Below are positions 1 to 8,416 of a stretch of DNA of 64,000 nucleotides, piece after piece. The notes under the pieces were generated by a model that was given only the letters and a program-made list of their open reading frames with translations, was not told where the DNA came from and ran no database searches. Origin of the DNA: Candidatus Saccharimonadales bacterium (GTDB taxonomy: Bacteria > Patescibacteriota > Saccharimonadia > Saccharimonadales > UBA10212); NCBI GenBank assembly GCA_049521895.1, contig JBEKOJ010000001.1, positions 418,717-482,716 on the forward strand. The letters run 5' to 3'. Made by a program: the position numbers and the translations under genes. Each line of letters opens with the position of its first letter. Position 1 is the first letter of the stretch.

Positions 1-100
1 CTTTTTTATAAGTTAGGGTGCGATTTCTATCTATCAAACAAGCATAAGGAAAGTCTGTGCCAGACCAAATGATGTCATCGTCCATACAAACTATTCTACC

Positions 101-715
101 TTAGGCTTTTCCGGCCCGCTTCTTGGCAGGTTTATAGTGCCGTACCAGTAGAGTACCAGTAATGGCGGCGTTCCCGATCAAAATATAGATTGGAAACACC
201 GCCGCAGTGTAGCTGAAGCTACCAAGAACAATAACGCCTACGGCTGCAACGAGGACACCTATCGCCCAGGCTAGTAAACTTTCGGTTTCCGGGTATCTCC
301 AGGCTTTGCGCAATGTATACCATGCAAAACAAGCATCACCTAACACGGCCAGGGAGGCATGAACGCTAACTGGGAAGAGATTCATAGCTCTAAGGATAAG
401 CAAAATGATACCGGCAATTAGAATAGGCAGGTCCGCCGGTTCAGGTTTGTCAGTTCCTTTGTGTCCGTATCCCGGAATCAGTGAAACTACAAAGACACTG
501 GCAGTGACAGCAACGAACGATGCAGCGATATAAAATCCGAGCCCAGCGCCTCCGCTGTAAGAGGCCCAAGCACCCACTGCGCCAATGGCCGTCCAACCTC
601 CCCAAGTAATTGGCTGTGGCCTAGTGCTACCCTTGAGGATTGTCCATAAATAATAGACGGCTCCAACAAGCTCTACGATAAGACCAACTGCTGTAAGCCA
701 GTCCTTCCAGACCAT
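101..715 (-). CDS. integral membrane protein, unknown function
   Basis: 204-aa ORF with hydrophobic helix-like segments throughout. It starts 2 nt after the pdaD stop on the same strand. Confidence 0.6.
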   Translation of the reverse strand: MVWKDWLTAVGLIVELVGAVYYLWTILKGSTRPQPITWGGWTAIGAVGAWASYSGGAGLGFYIAASFVAVTASVFVVSLIPGYGHKGTDKPEPADLPILIAGIILLILRAMNLFPVSVHASLAVLGDACFAWYTLRKAWRYPETESLLAWAIGVLVAAVGVIVLGSFSYTAAVFPIYILIGNAAITGTLLVRHYKPAKKRAGKA

Positions 716-717
716 AT

Positions 718-1230
718 CTATTTATGCAAGCCCCGTACTTTAGGTCTTATATCAGACTTCCAGCCAGAGGCTTGAAAAATAGCCATGACTACGGCACAGA
801 CCGGCTTTTGTATACAAGTTATACCAACGACCTTCATGTTAACCGGCCCAAAATTTAGATTGCGGGTAGTCTGTAAAGCCTCCAAGCTCGCCTGTATGTC
901 ACGACGCACAGTGCTTTTGTTGGCACCCTCGTGTTCTACAAACAATCCTTGGCCGGATTTTTTGTTTTGGACCCAGCCAATACCAGCCCAGGCTTCAACA
1001 TTGGGGGTGTCCACCCGCGTATCAGCCATAACAACATAGAGTCTGTCGCCCCAGTTACCTGGTTGGGTATCTATCGGCCGGCTGGAAACTTTGACTTTTG
1101 CCCCTAGAGGAATAACAGAGCTGAGTTTAATCAGATTATAATTGGAGACACCGGCCTCGCCTAAAGCGGAGTCAAAAGCGGATAGCTTTGTTGGACCGGT
1201 GCCTACCCCTGATACGATTTGTATATTCAT
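718..1230 (-). CDS. pdaD: pyruvoyl-dependent arginine decarboxylase
   Basis: 170 aa. The N-terminus VSGVGTGPTKLSAFDSAL and the NLIKLSSVIP segment (Ser-Ser self-processing site) are typical of the PvlArgDC family. Confidence 0.8.
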   Translation of the reverse strand: MNIQIVSGVGTGPTKLSAFDSALGEAGVSNYNLIKLSSVIPLGAKVKVSSRPIDTQPGNWGDRLYVVMADTRVDTPNVEAWAGIGWVQNKKSGQGLFVEHEGANKSTVRRDIQASLEALQTTRNLNFGPVNMKVVGITCIQKPVCAVVMAIFQASGWKSDIRPKVRGLHK

Positions 1231-1316
1231 ATGTTTGTTATTTAACCTACTTAAGATAGCATAACAAGAACAACATCTAGACTCCAGTTTTTTAGGAGTG
1301 TAGTATTATTACAGTT

Positions 1317-1682
1317 ATGGTAAAAATTGCGATTGTTGAGGATGATCTGGCAATAGCCCAGATGTACCGCTTAAAATTTGAGGCGGAAGGCTATAAGGTG
1401 GAAATTGCCGAGAACGGCAAGCTAGGCTTGGCCCTATGTGAAGAGATGAAACCTGATATCTTATTGCTGGATTTAATGATGCCGGAAATGAACGGTGACG
1501 AAATGCTGGCCAAGATGCGTAAAACCGACTGGGGTAAAAGTATCAAGGTTATAATTTTGACTAACGTCGGTGAGCAAGAAGCGCCAGAACACCTTAAAAA
1601 TCTAGATGTATCGGCGTTTATAGTTAAGGCTGATATGACGCCCAAGCAGGTGACTGAGCTAGTCAAATCCAAACTTGCCTGA
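1317..1682 (+). CDS. stand-alone response regulator receiver domain (CheY-like)
   Basis: 121 aa. Carries IVEDD acidic pocket, LLLDLMMPEMNG phospho-acceptor Asp context and a conserved K near FIVKA. No output domain. Confidence 0.85.
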   Translation: MVKIAIVEDDLAIAQMYRLKFEAEGYKVEIAENGKLGLALCEEMKPDILLLDLMMPEMNGDEMLAKMRKTDWGKSIKVIILTNVGEQEAPEHLKNLDVSAFIVKADMTPKQVTELVKSKLA

Positions 1683-1713
1683 TTTAGCTCCAAGTGTCAG
1701 GTAGAATGTAGTT

Positions 1714-3159
1714 ATGAAAATAGGGATTGTCGGTTGGGGCTTGGAGAGCCAGAGCGCATTCAGGTATTTTGGCCCTAGCCACGACTACCTGATAGTTAAC
1801 GAGTCAGCGCAGGATAATTTTCCGCCGGAGTCGAACAAGATCAAAGTCCGTTTCCTGGCCAATAAGGCTCCGATTGGAATTCCAGGACAAGTGCAGGATC
1901 TAAGCTATCTGAAGGGCATCGAAGAATGCGATAAGATCATTTATCAGCCCACGGCTTATTTTAACCTCCAGAAGGTTTTTGGCGACAACCCAGAATTTTG
2001 GAAGAAGGCCACTACTGTTTACGATATTTATTTTGAGAATACTCCAACCCAAAATATAATCGGCGTCACCGGCACCAAAGGCAAAGGCACCACATCTACG
2101 CTGATCGCCAAGATACTCGAGGCCAGCGGCAAAACCGTCCATCTTGGCGGCAATATCGGTACGCCCATCTTGGACTTGCTGCCCAGCATTAAAGCAAGTG
2201 ATTGGCTGGTATGGGAGCTGGCTAACTTCCAGCTAAAAGCTGCTTCTTATAGCCCGCATATTGCCGTCTGTTTAATGATTACTGAAGAACATCTGGACTG
2301 GCATCCGAGCATGGAGGATTACCTGGAGGCCAAAAGTAATCTCTTCCGACACCAAAAAGCCGAAGACGTTGCCATTTACTTTGCTAAAAATGAATACTCC
2401 AAAAAAATAGCCGGGTATTCACCCGGTAAAAAAATTCCTTACTACGAACCGCCAGGAGCATACATTCGCGAAGACGGTGTCATTGTGATTGACGAAACAG
2501 AGGTAATGAACAAGAATGAAGTTAAACTACTGGGCGAACATAATTTACAAAATATTTGTGCTGCCCTTACGGTTGTTTTTGAGGCGCAAGGGAGCGTTGA
2601 CCCCAGTAGAATAGTCCATGGCGGAATTCCACAGGGTCAATCCAGTGGAGCTTTAGCCCCGCTAAACGCCGTAGGCGGCTCCACGTGGATTGACAAAGCA
2701 AAAACAGTATTATCTAGCTTTAGCGGCTTAGAACATCGCTTGGAGTTCGTACGGGCCTTAGATGGCGTAAAATATTACAACGATTCTTTTGCCACCACCC
2801 CCGAGTCAGCAGTGGTCGCCCTAAAGACTTTTAGCGCACCAAAGGTTGTCATCTTGGGCGGATCAGACAAGGGTTTGTCCTTTGACCCGCTTGCCGATGA
2901 GGTTGCCAAAGGAAATGTTCGCAAAGCCGTAGCCATCGGGACTACAGCAGATAAAATAGTCAGTCTACTCAAAGAACACGGCTTCACGAATACCATAACT
3001 GGCTTGAATAAAATGACTGATATCGTGGCAGCTGCCCGCGAAGCTTCTCAGCCTGGCGACGTGGTATTACTAAGTACAGGCTGCGCCAGTTTTGGGCTGT
3101 TTAAGGATTATAAAGACCGCGGCGAACAGTTCAAGAAAGCTGTTCAAGCCCAGCAGTGA
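1714..3159 (+). CDS. murD: UDP-N-acetylmuramoylalanine--D-glutamate ligase
   Basis: 481 aa. Shows the Mur ligase P-loop GVTGTKGKGTT, GLEHRLEF and NDSFATTPES motifs in MurD order. Carries an extra ~31-aa segment (see 2597-2694). Confidence 0.9.
   Translation: MKIGIVGWGLESQSAFRYFGPSHDYLIVNESAQDNFPPESNKIKVRFLANKAPIGIPGQVQDLSYLKGIEECDKIIYQPTAYFNLQKVFGDNPEFWKKATTVYDIYFENTPTQNIIGVTGTKGKGTTSTLIAKILEASGKTVHLGGNIGTPILDLLPSIKASDWLVWELANFQLKAASYSPHIAVCLMITEEHLDWHPSMEDYLEAKSNLFRHQKAEDVAIYFAKNEYSKKIAGYSPGKKIPYYEPPGAYIREDGVIVIDETEVMNKNEVKLLGEHNLQNICAALTVVFEAQGSVDPSRIVHGGIPQGQSSGALAPLNAVGGSTWIDKAKTVLSSFSGLEHRLEFVRALDGVKYYNDSFATTPESAVVALKTFSAPKVVILGGSDKGLSFDPLADEVAKGNVRKAVAIGTTADKIVSLLKEHGFTNTITGLNKMTDIVAAAREASQPGDVVLLSTGCASFGLFKDYKDRGEQFKKAVQAQQ
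2597..2694 (+). other. in-frame 93-nt insertion inside murD containing a 16/17-nt inverted repeat, bracketed by TTGAC direct repeats
   Basis: TTGAC occurs at 2597-2601 and 2690-2694, exactly 93 nt apart. The arms are GTCAATCCAGTGGAGC (2636-2651) and GCTCCACGTGGATTGAC (2678-2694). The encoded ~31 aa lie where E. coli MurD, as I recall its sequence, has no residues. Confidence 0.5.
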
Positions 3160-3293
3160 GCTTTCGAGATTTATTCGACTCCTTCCTGAAACTCCAACTC
3201 GCCAACCATACTCTCAACAGCTGGCAGATTATCAACTAAGACAGACTTTCCGTCGAATAAAAACTCTCTTTAGGGGCGAGTCGACTCGAAAGT

Positions 3294-3989
3294 CTACTGC
3301 TGGGCAAGCACTCGTTTGAGCTGGGCGATAACCGGTTGTTCCGGCTGCATTACGGTTGCCCTATTGCCCGCGTAACCCCTCAAAAGTTGCTCTATCCAAC
3401 GGTAATGGGTACAGCCCAGGACGATTACATCGGCACCTGCTTCACAAACCTCGTTTACAGTTTTTGCGATTTTTTCGCGGTCTACGTTGTTATTCTCAAT
3501 CATTAACGCCCATTCGCTGCAGTCCGGTTCTAAAACTTTTACACCTTTGGCGTATTTATCTTTTAACCAACGGTAGCGCTCACTACTAAGTGTTCTAGGC
3601 GTGGCACAAACGGCAATTACTCCTGTTTTTGTGGCTTCGGCAGCCGGTTTGACCGCTGGCTCCATACCTACCATCGGTACAGAGAACTCCTGTCTTAGCT
3701 GGGCGATTAAATTAGTGGTAACGGTGTTACAGGCCACCACGATAACTTGGCAATTTTCTTGTATGAATTCTTGGAAGATGGGCTTTACGAAGCTGTGGAT
3801 TTCTTCTATGCTGCGCGATCCATAGGGCAAGTGAGCTTTATCATCCTTATAGATAATTTCTATGCCTGGCAATTCGCGCTCAATAGCTCTGATCACATGC
3901 AGGGCGCCTACGCCGCTATCAAACACACCGATCTTAACCTTGGGCACCCCGCTACCAAAATCTTGATGTTCCGAAATAGAGTTATTCAT
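3294..3989 (-). CDS. murI: glutamate racemase
   Basis: 231 aa. Carries VFDSGVGALHV, VVACNT and LGCTHY catalytic-Cys motifs. Confidence 0.9.
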   Translation of the reverse strand: MNNSISEHQDFGSGVPKVKIGVFDSGVGALHVIRAIERELPGIEIIYKDDKAHLPYGSRSIEEIHSFVKPIFQEFIQENCQVIVVACNTVTTNLIAQLRQEFSVPMVGMEPAVKPAAEATKTGVIAVCATPRTLSSERYRWLKDKYAKGVKVLEPDCSEWALMIENNNVDREKIAKTVNEVCEAGADVIVLGCTHYRWIEQLLRGYAGNRATVMQPEQPVIAQLKRVLAQQ

Positions 3990-4001
3990 TCTCTTCTTCT
4001 C

Positions 4002-5006
4002 TCAGGATTTGGTACGGGGCAAGTTGTCGGCTGCCCGGATGACGTTTTCGAACAAAGCGCAGACCGTCAGGGGGCCGACGCCGCCTTTTTCGGGAGTGAT
4101 TATTAGATCATCGCGTTGGTAAACTTCGGGGGCTAGATCACCGACGGTTTTGCCCGATTCGGAGGCCACGCCGGCATCGACCACCACGGCACCAGTTTTT
4201 ATCATGTCCGGATAAAGCACTGCCGGGCTACCAGTAGCTGTGATAATAACGTCGGCTTTCTTGGTATAGTCTGACAAATTTTTGACTTCGCGGCCGATAA
4301 CTTCAACCTCGTAGCCAGAGGCCTTAAGAATTTTTTCTAGCGGTGCGCCAACCAGCTTACCGCGGCCGACCAGTAAAATATGCTTGCCTGCCAGATCAAC
4401 CCCGTAGCCGGCTAGCAGCCACATAATCGCCATCGGCGTCGCCGGTTCAAACCAGGTTCCTCGCACCGTGACGTCCTGCCTTCTGGCGGAGCCAGAAGCA
4501 CCGTCGTCACTTAAGGTCCGCTGCGGCGTCAAAGACTGCGCTACTCCTTCACCGTATTTCATATACGACTCAGTCTGTTGCCCGTCTTTTCCTTGCACCG
4601 CACTCTTATGCGAGGCCCTGGATTTTGTCAAAGGTGGCCATGGTGCATCTGGGTCACCTAGGGCGTCCACGTCCTTTTGCGGTGCTACCAAATTAACTAT
4701 TTCATCTGTTTGGCTGGGATCTGTAAGCGGTAGTTGGACGATGATACTGTGTATGCTGTCGTCATTACTTAACTTGTTAAGTAATTTTGGCGCGTCTTTC
4801 TGTTGGAGCGTATGAATATCTACATCAATACCGACATCGGCGCCGTATTGCTTTTTAAGCCGGACGTAAGTATTGATAACCGGATCGTCTTTAACCTGTA
4901 CAATTGCCAGCTTGGGCCGTATGCCGCGCCCTCGCAGGCTGCGCACCTGTTTAGCGTGGCGCTCCTTGATAAAACCGGCCAGCTCTTGGCCATTAAGTAT
5001 TTTCAT
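4002..5006 (-). CDS. folD: bifunctional methylenetetrahydrofolate dehydrogenase/cyclohydrolase with a ~55-aa internal insertion
   Basis: 334 aa. Motifs IIVQLPL, KDVDA, PATP, GRGKLVGAPL and GGVGPLT are present. The spacer between KDVD and PxTP is ~72 aa versus ~17 in E. coli FolD as I recall it. Confidence 0.85.
   Translation of the reverse strand: MKILNGQELAGFIKERHAKQVRSLRGRGIRPKLAIVQVKDDPVINTYVRLKKQYGADVGIDVDIHTLQQKDAPKLLNKLSNDDSIHSIIVQLPLTDPSQTDEIVNLVAPQKDVDALGDPDAPWPPLTKSRASHKSAVQGKDGQQTESYMKYGEGVAQSLTPQRTLSDDGASGSARRQDVTVRGTWFEPATPMAIMWLLAGYGVDLAGKHILLVGRGKLVGAPLEKILKASGYEVEVIGREVKNLSDYTKKADVIITATGSPAVLYPDMIKTGAVVVDAGVASESGKTVGDLAPEVYQRDDLIITPEKGGVGPLTVCALFENVIRAADNLPRTKS
4764..4785. repeat. 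hairpin palindrome copy 1 (ATTACTTAAC-TT-GTTAAGTAAT), inside folD
   Basis: Read directly from the sequence: 10-2-10 dyad. It encodes LLNKLSN of FolD on the minus strand. Confidence 0.95.
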
Positions 5007-5014
5007 AGTTCATG

Positions 5015-5091
5015 TGGAGGGCCAGGAGGGACTCGAACCCTCGACATTCTGCTTAAGAGGCAGACGCTCTAACCAGCTGAGCTACTGGCCC
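5015..5091 (-). tRNA. tRNA-Lys (anticodon CTT)
   Basis: Cloverleaf folded by eye. Anticodon arm is TCTGC-CTCTTAA-GCAGA, T-loop is GGTTCGAGTCC, and CCA is encoded. Confidence 0.9.
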
Positions 5092-5156
5092 GCTTTTGGG
5101 CATCCGAATACTAGCACGCTCACCCCTGTTTTGTAAACCGATGATACAATTGCTTC

Positions 5157-5660
5157 ATGAGTAGGGACAAGACCAGCCTGAGGCAAAATTTGGTTTCAGC
5201 ACGGCTCAATATGTCGGCACAGGAAGTCCAAGCTAGGAGCCGCGCTATTGCCAATCAACTGATACGCAACGTGGATTGGGCAAACATCGGCAGGATGCAT
5301 ATTTATTCTTCGGTAACTAAATGGAACGAGGTGCAGACCGATCCGATCGCTGAATATGTACGGAGACAATGGCCAACAATTAAAGTTATACGCCCGCTGA
5401 TAAAAGCGGGCCAATTACTACCAAACCAGAAATTTGATCTGATAATCGTTCCGTGTCTGGGATTTGACGAAGAGTTGTACCGACTGGGCCTAGGTGGCGG
5501 GTTTTATGACCGTTTCCTGGTAAACCAGCCAAAAGCCTTAAAAATTGGACTGTGTTTTGCCAATGGATTTATAAAAGATGGCTTGCCCGACGAGCCACAC
5601 GATATTCCGCTAGATGTAATCGTCACTGAAGAGGATATAATTAAGGCCCATGATAGTTAA
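5157..5660 (+). CDS. 5-formyltetrahydrofolate cyclo-ligase
   Basis: 167 aa. The C-terminal motif LIIVPCLGFDEELYRLGLGGGFYDRFL is typical of the MTHFS family. It sits next to folD. Confidence 0.8.
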   Translation: MSRDKTSLRQNLVSARLNMSAQEVQARSRAIANQLIRNVDWANIGRMHIYSSVTKWNEVQTDPIAEYVRRQWPTIKVIRPLIKAGQLLPNQKFDLIIVPCLGFDEELYRLGLGGGFYDRFLVNQPKALKIGLCFANGFIKDGLPDEPHDIPLDVIVTEEDIIKAHDS

Positions 5661-6408
5661 GGCCATAAAAACCAGAAAAGTTACGGCTGGTTCAGGCACG
5701 CTCTTGGAACTGTTGGACGAATATCTTACTGAGCTTAAAGAGAACAGCGTCATTGCTATAACTTCTAAAGTAGCGGCCTTGTGTGAAGGTCGGATTGTAC
5801 CCAAAGACCAAGCGAACAAACAAGACTTAGTAGTTCGTGAGGCCGATTATTACTTGCCGAAAAACCTCAGTAAGTACGGTTTTAGTTTTACTATCATCCA
5901 TAACACGTTAGCGCCGGCAGCCGGAGTTGATGAATCTAACGGCAACGGTAACTATGTTTTGTGGCCCATCGACCCGCAAAAAACTGTTAATGAGGTACGG
6001 CATTACTTAAAGAAACGTTTTGGTCTAAGAGAGATCGGCGTAATTTTAACCGACAGTACTGCCCGCCCACTGCACTATGGTACTGAGGGGGTGGCCATCC
6101 GTTATAGTGGTTTCTCGCCCAGTAATAACTATATCGGTACACCGGACCTTTTTGGACGTACGCTGGAAGTCAGTATTTCGAATGTAGTTGATGCGTTGGC
6201 TTCGGCGGCTGTGGTAGTTATGGGTGAAGGCGCCGAACAGACTCCGATAGCCGTTATTTCTGACATCCCGTTCGTGGCTTTCCAAGACCATGATCCAACA
6301 CTAGAGGAGTTAAAGAAGTTTTACCTGGAGCATATGGAAGATGATTTATTTGAGCCTTTCCTACGCCAAATGGGTTGGCGTGAAGGCGGCCATCGCGGAA
6401 AAGGATAA
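5650..6408 (+). CDS. CofE-like gamma-glutamyl ligase family protein (putative folate/F420-type glutamate ligase)
   Basis: 252 aa. The call rests on family-like segments AITSKVAALCEGR, AGVDESN and VVVMGEGAEQTP, an 11-nt overlap with the upstream cyclo-ligase gene, and my recollection of the family. Confidence 0.6.
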   Translation: MIVKAIKTRKVTAGSGTLLELLDEYLTELKENSVIAITSKVAALCEGRIVPKDQANKQDLVVREADYYLPKNLSKYGFSFTIIHNTLAPAAGVDESNGNGNYVLWPIDPQKTVNEVRHYLKKRFGLREIGVILTDSTARPLHYGTEGVAIRYSGFSPSNNYIGTPDLFGRTLEVSISNVVDALASAAVVVMGEGAEQTPIAVISDIPFVAFQDHDPTLEELKKFYLEHMEDDLFEPFLRQMGWREGGHRGKG

Positions 6409-6485
6409 TGGTACCCCCGGCAAGACTTGAACTTGCGGCCTCTTGTTCCGAAGACAAGCGCTCTAATCCACTGAGCTACGGGGGC
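6409..6485 (-). tRNA. tRNA-Arg (anticodon TCG)
   Basis: Cloverleaf by eye. Anticodon arm is CTTGT-CTTCGGA-ACAAG. CCA is encoded. Confidence 0.9.
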
Positions 6486-6493
6486 CTAACACA

Positions 6494-6838
6494 CTACAGT
6501 ATAGAAGATAGTCCAGTGATTCGTTTATAAGTTCTGGTTCGATGACAATTTGCGCAGACCAATTCACAATTGGCGATTTCTTCTTCTAGCTTTTCAATGC
6601 TGCAATTTTCTATTAGATCGTTTATTGTCGCCGTTTTCTTACCTACGTGATCGAAGTCCATAACGTAGTAAGGATAATTTTTACCGCAGTCGAGGCATGG
6701 GATAACTTCTTTTATGAGATTGATCAGTTCTCTAATGTCTTTTTTTCTTTTTGCTGCCTTTTCAATATAATACTGCCGATTAGCATAGTAATGTCGACGG
6801 ATTGCGGCCCGGCTGTCTTCTATATCTTTGTAGGCCAC
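6494..6838 (-). CDS. HNH endonuclease-like protein
   Basis: 114 aa. The pattern CLDCG...DFDHV...CANCHR matches a Cys4/His-Me finger. Confidence 0.7.
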   Translation of the reverse strand: MAYKDIEDSRAAIRRHYYANRQYYIEKAAKRKKDIRELINLIKEVIPCLDCGKNYPYYVMDFDHVGKKTATINDLIENCSIEKLEEEIANCELVCANCHRTRTYKRITGLSSIL

Positions 6839-6937
6839 GATACCTAATATTTTATCATTTTTAAGGTGTTAATTGGCTATTTTAGCTAATTTTACAATGA
6901 TACAGCACGATTGACGAAGTTAGAACCGTCTTAGTTG

Positions 6938-7663
6938 CTAACTGCTACTTCTAAACCAGCCGTTTTTTGCAACCTTATTCCATATGAATTCGTATAAAAT
7001 CTGATTTCCCTCAGCGCTTAAGTGAAGGCGATCTTTACCGACATTTTGAAGGATCCTAGGCTCCTCGGTTGTATTTGCATAAACTGCACCAACTCTCTTA
7101 GCTGCATCTTGAAATATTTTTGCTACAACTTTTTCTCGTCTTTTTAGGATAGGTCTTAACCACCAGGGAAATATAGTGAGCGTTGACATGTCGCCGGGTC
7201 CCGCAATAACAATTTTAGGACTGTGTCTTTTCATTTTATCGACAAGCTCATAGCAGTGGTGCCGGAATTTAGTTGACGCAAAACCATGCAACACGTCATT
7301 CGACCCAACAATTAGCGCTATCAGGTCCCATCTGCCTTCAATTTGGTCGTTTTTAATATCCGTAATCCACTTACCAAAACCCGCTTCATTAAGATAGATA
7401 ACATGGTGGTTCTTGGCTAACTCATTGGCTATCTTGCTGCCTACTGCGTTGTCAAACTGCTTCATGCCGTGACCGGAGCCGGCACTGTCTCCTAGGACCA
7501 ACAGTTTAAATTTCGGATTTTTTGTATCGCCTAACTCAAAACGCCCTGCTTGATGCGTCTCGCTGTGGGCAAGCTCGTAAGTCCGGTTCAGTTTTGGATA
7601 GGCATAAACGACTGCCCACAAAAGTGCCAACAAAATAAGAACGAGGGCTATAAGAAGTATCAC
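6938..7663 (-). CDS. SGNH/GDSL-type hydrolase with N-terminal membrane anchor
   Basis: 241 aa. Has an N-terminal TM helix, block I LVLGDSAGSG, and GSNDV. Confidence 0.7.
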   Translation of the reverse strand: MILLIALVLILLALLWAVVYAYPKLNRTYELAHSETHQAGRFELGDTKNPKFKLLVLGDSAGSGHGMKQFDNAVGSKIANELAKNHHVIYLNEAGFGKWITDIKNDQIEGRWDLIALIVGSNDVLHGFASTKFRHHCYELVDKMKRHSPKIVIAGPGDMSTLTIFPWWLRPILKRREKVVAKIFQDAAKRVGAVYANTTEEPRILQNVGKDRLHLSAEGNQILYEFIWNKVAKNGWFRSSS

Positions 7664-7708
7664 CTGTTAATAATATCAAAATCTACACGCCTTATTATGG
7701 TTGTGCTT

Positions 7709-7785
7709 TGGTACGCGTGAAGGGATTCGAACCCCCGACCTTTGGTACCGGAAACCAACGCTCTATCCATCTGAGCTACACGCGC
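7709..7785 (-). tRNA. tRNA-Arg (anticodon CCG)
   Basis: Cloverleaf by eye. Anticodon arm is TTGGT-TTCCGGT-ACCAA. CCA is encoded. Confidence 0.9.
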
Positions 7786-7809
7786 TTAACAGAGGTTATT
7801 ATATCATTT

Positions 7810-8373
7810 TTAAGCGCTATTTTCAGGGGTGCCGGTGTCTGGTGCAATCAATTTCTTAGGCAGACCTGACGATTGTTTTTCGGTTTGGGACAGCGTGACT
7901 TGCAGAATTTGCAGCACGCTTTTAGCGTGCTCGCGGCTCATGCCAACCCGGGCAACGCTGGCAGGTTTGGCGTTGGGGCCGGTACTTTGCATAAAATTCA
8001 TTACCACGCCGTAGTTATTGACCATAATGTCCACGATGTCGGTAAACAAAATTCGTGGATCATGATTGCCGGCGGGCAGTTGGGACTGTGGTTTATCATT
8101 GACTACCCGCATAGAAGAGACCCGGCTTATACCATAGCCGGCCAGTCTCCAAAGCCTGACAGCTTCATCGTCACGAACGCCAAAATGGCTAATGAGTAGC
8201 AGCAAGACGTCTTCGGACGGCCGGTTATGGCCAAGCTCAAAACTAGCCAATTGTTTAACGTCAATCTCCACGGCACCAGAGGCCTCGGCCAAGCTTTCGC
8301 GGGCGCGCTCGCGCAACGCTTTAAGTGTCTTACCAAGTTGCTGCATGGAACCCTCTGGTTGTGTTTTGCTCAT
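7810..8373 (-). CDS. XRE-type helix-turn-helix protein with uncharacterised C-terminal domain
   Basis: 187 aa. The N-terminal segment LGKTLKALRERARESLAEASGAVEIDVKQLASFELG is HTH-like. The gene is divergent from murB. Confidence 0.65.
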   Translation of the reverse strand: MSKTQPEGSMQQLGKTLKALRERARESLAEASGAVEIDVKQLASFELGHNRPSEDVLLLLISHFGVRDDEAVRLWRLAGYGISRVSSMRVVNDKPQSQLPAGNHDPRILFTDIVDIMVNNYGVVMNFMQSTGPNAKPASVARVGMSREHAKSVLQILQVTLSQTEKQSSGLPKKLIAPDTGTPENSA

Positions 8374-8416
8374 TAGCGTTTATTGTATCACTACTTTTAG
8401 CCGTATAATTGACGTA

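Noticed and set aside
4452-4655. Reading the FolD insertion as an intein or an intron.
   Set aside because: About 55 aa is too short for even a mini-intein and lacks the terminal Cys/Ser...His-Asn signatures. The reading frame stays open through it, so splicing is not required.
8192-8416. N-terminal extensions given by the ORF track for murB (8192), pilB (31980), ruvC (51236), the methyltransferase (59620), dnaJ (62321) and the IS passenger ORF (21877).
   Set aside because: The extensions overlap divergent or upstream genes, or in the last case cross the IS boundary. They lack family similarity. Internal starts coincide with the conserved N-termini or with ATGA-type coupling.
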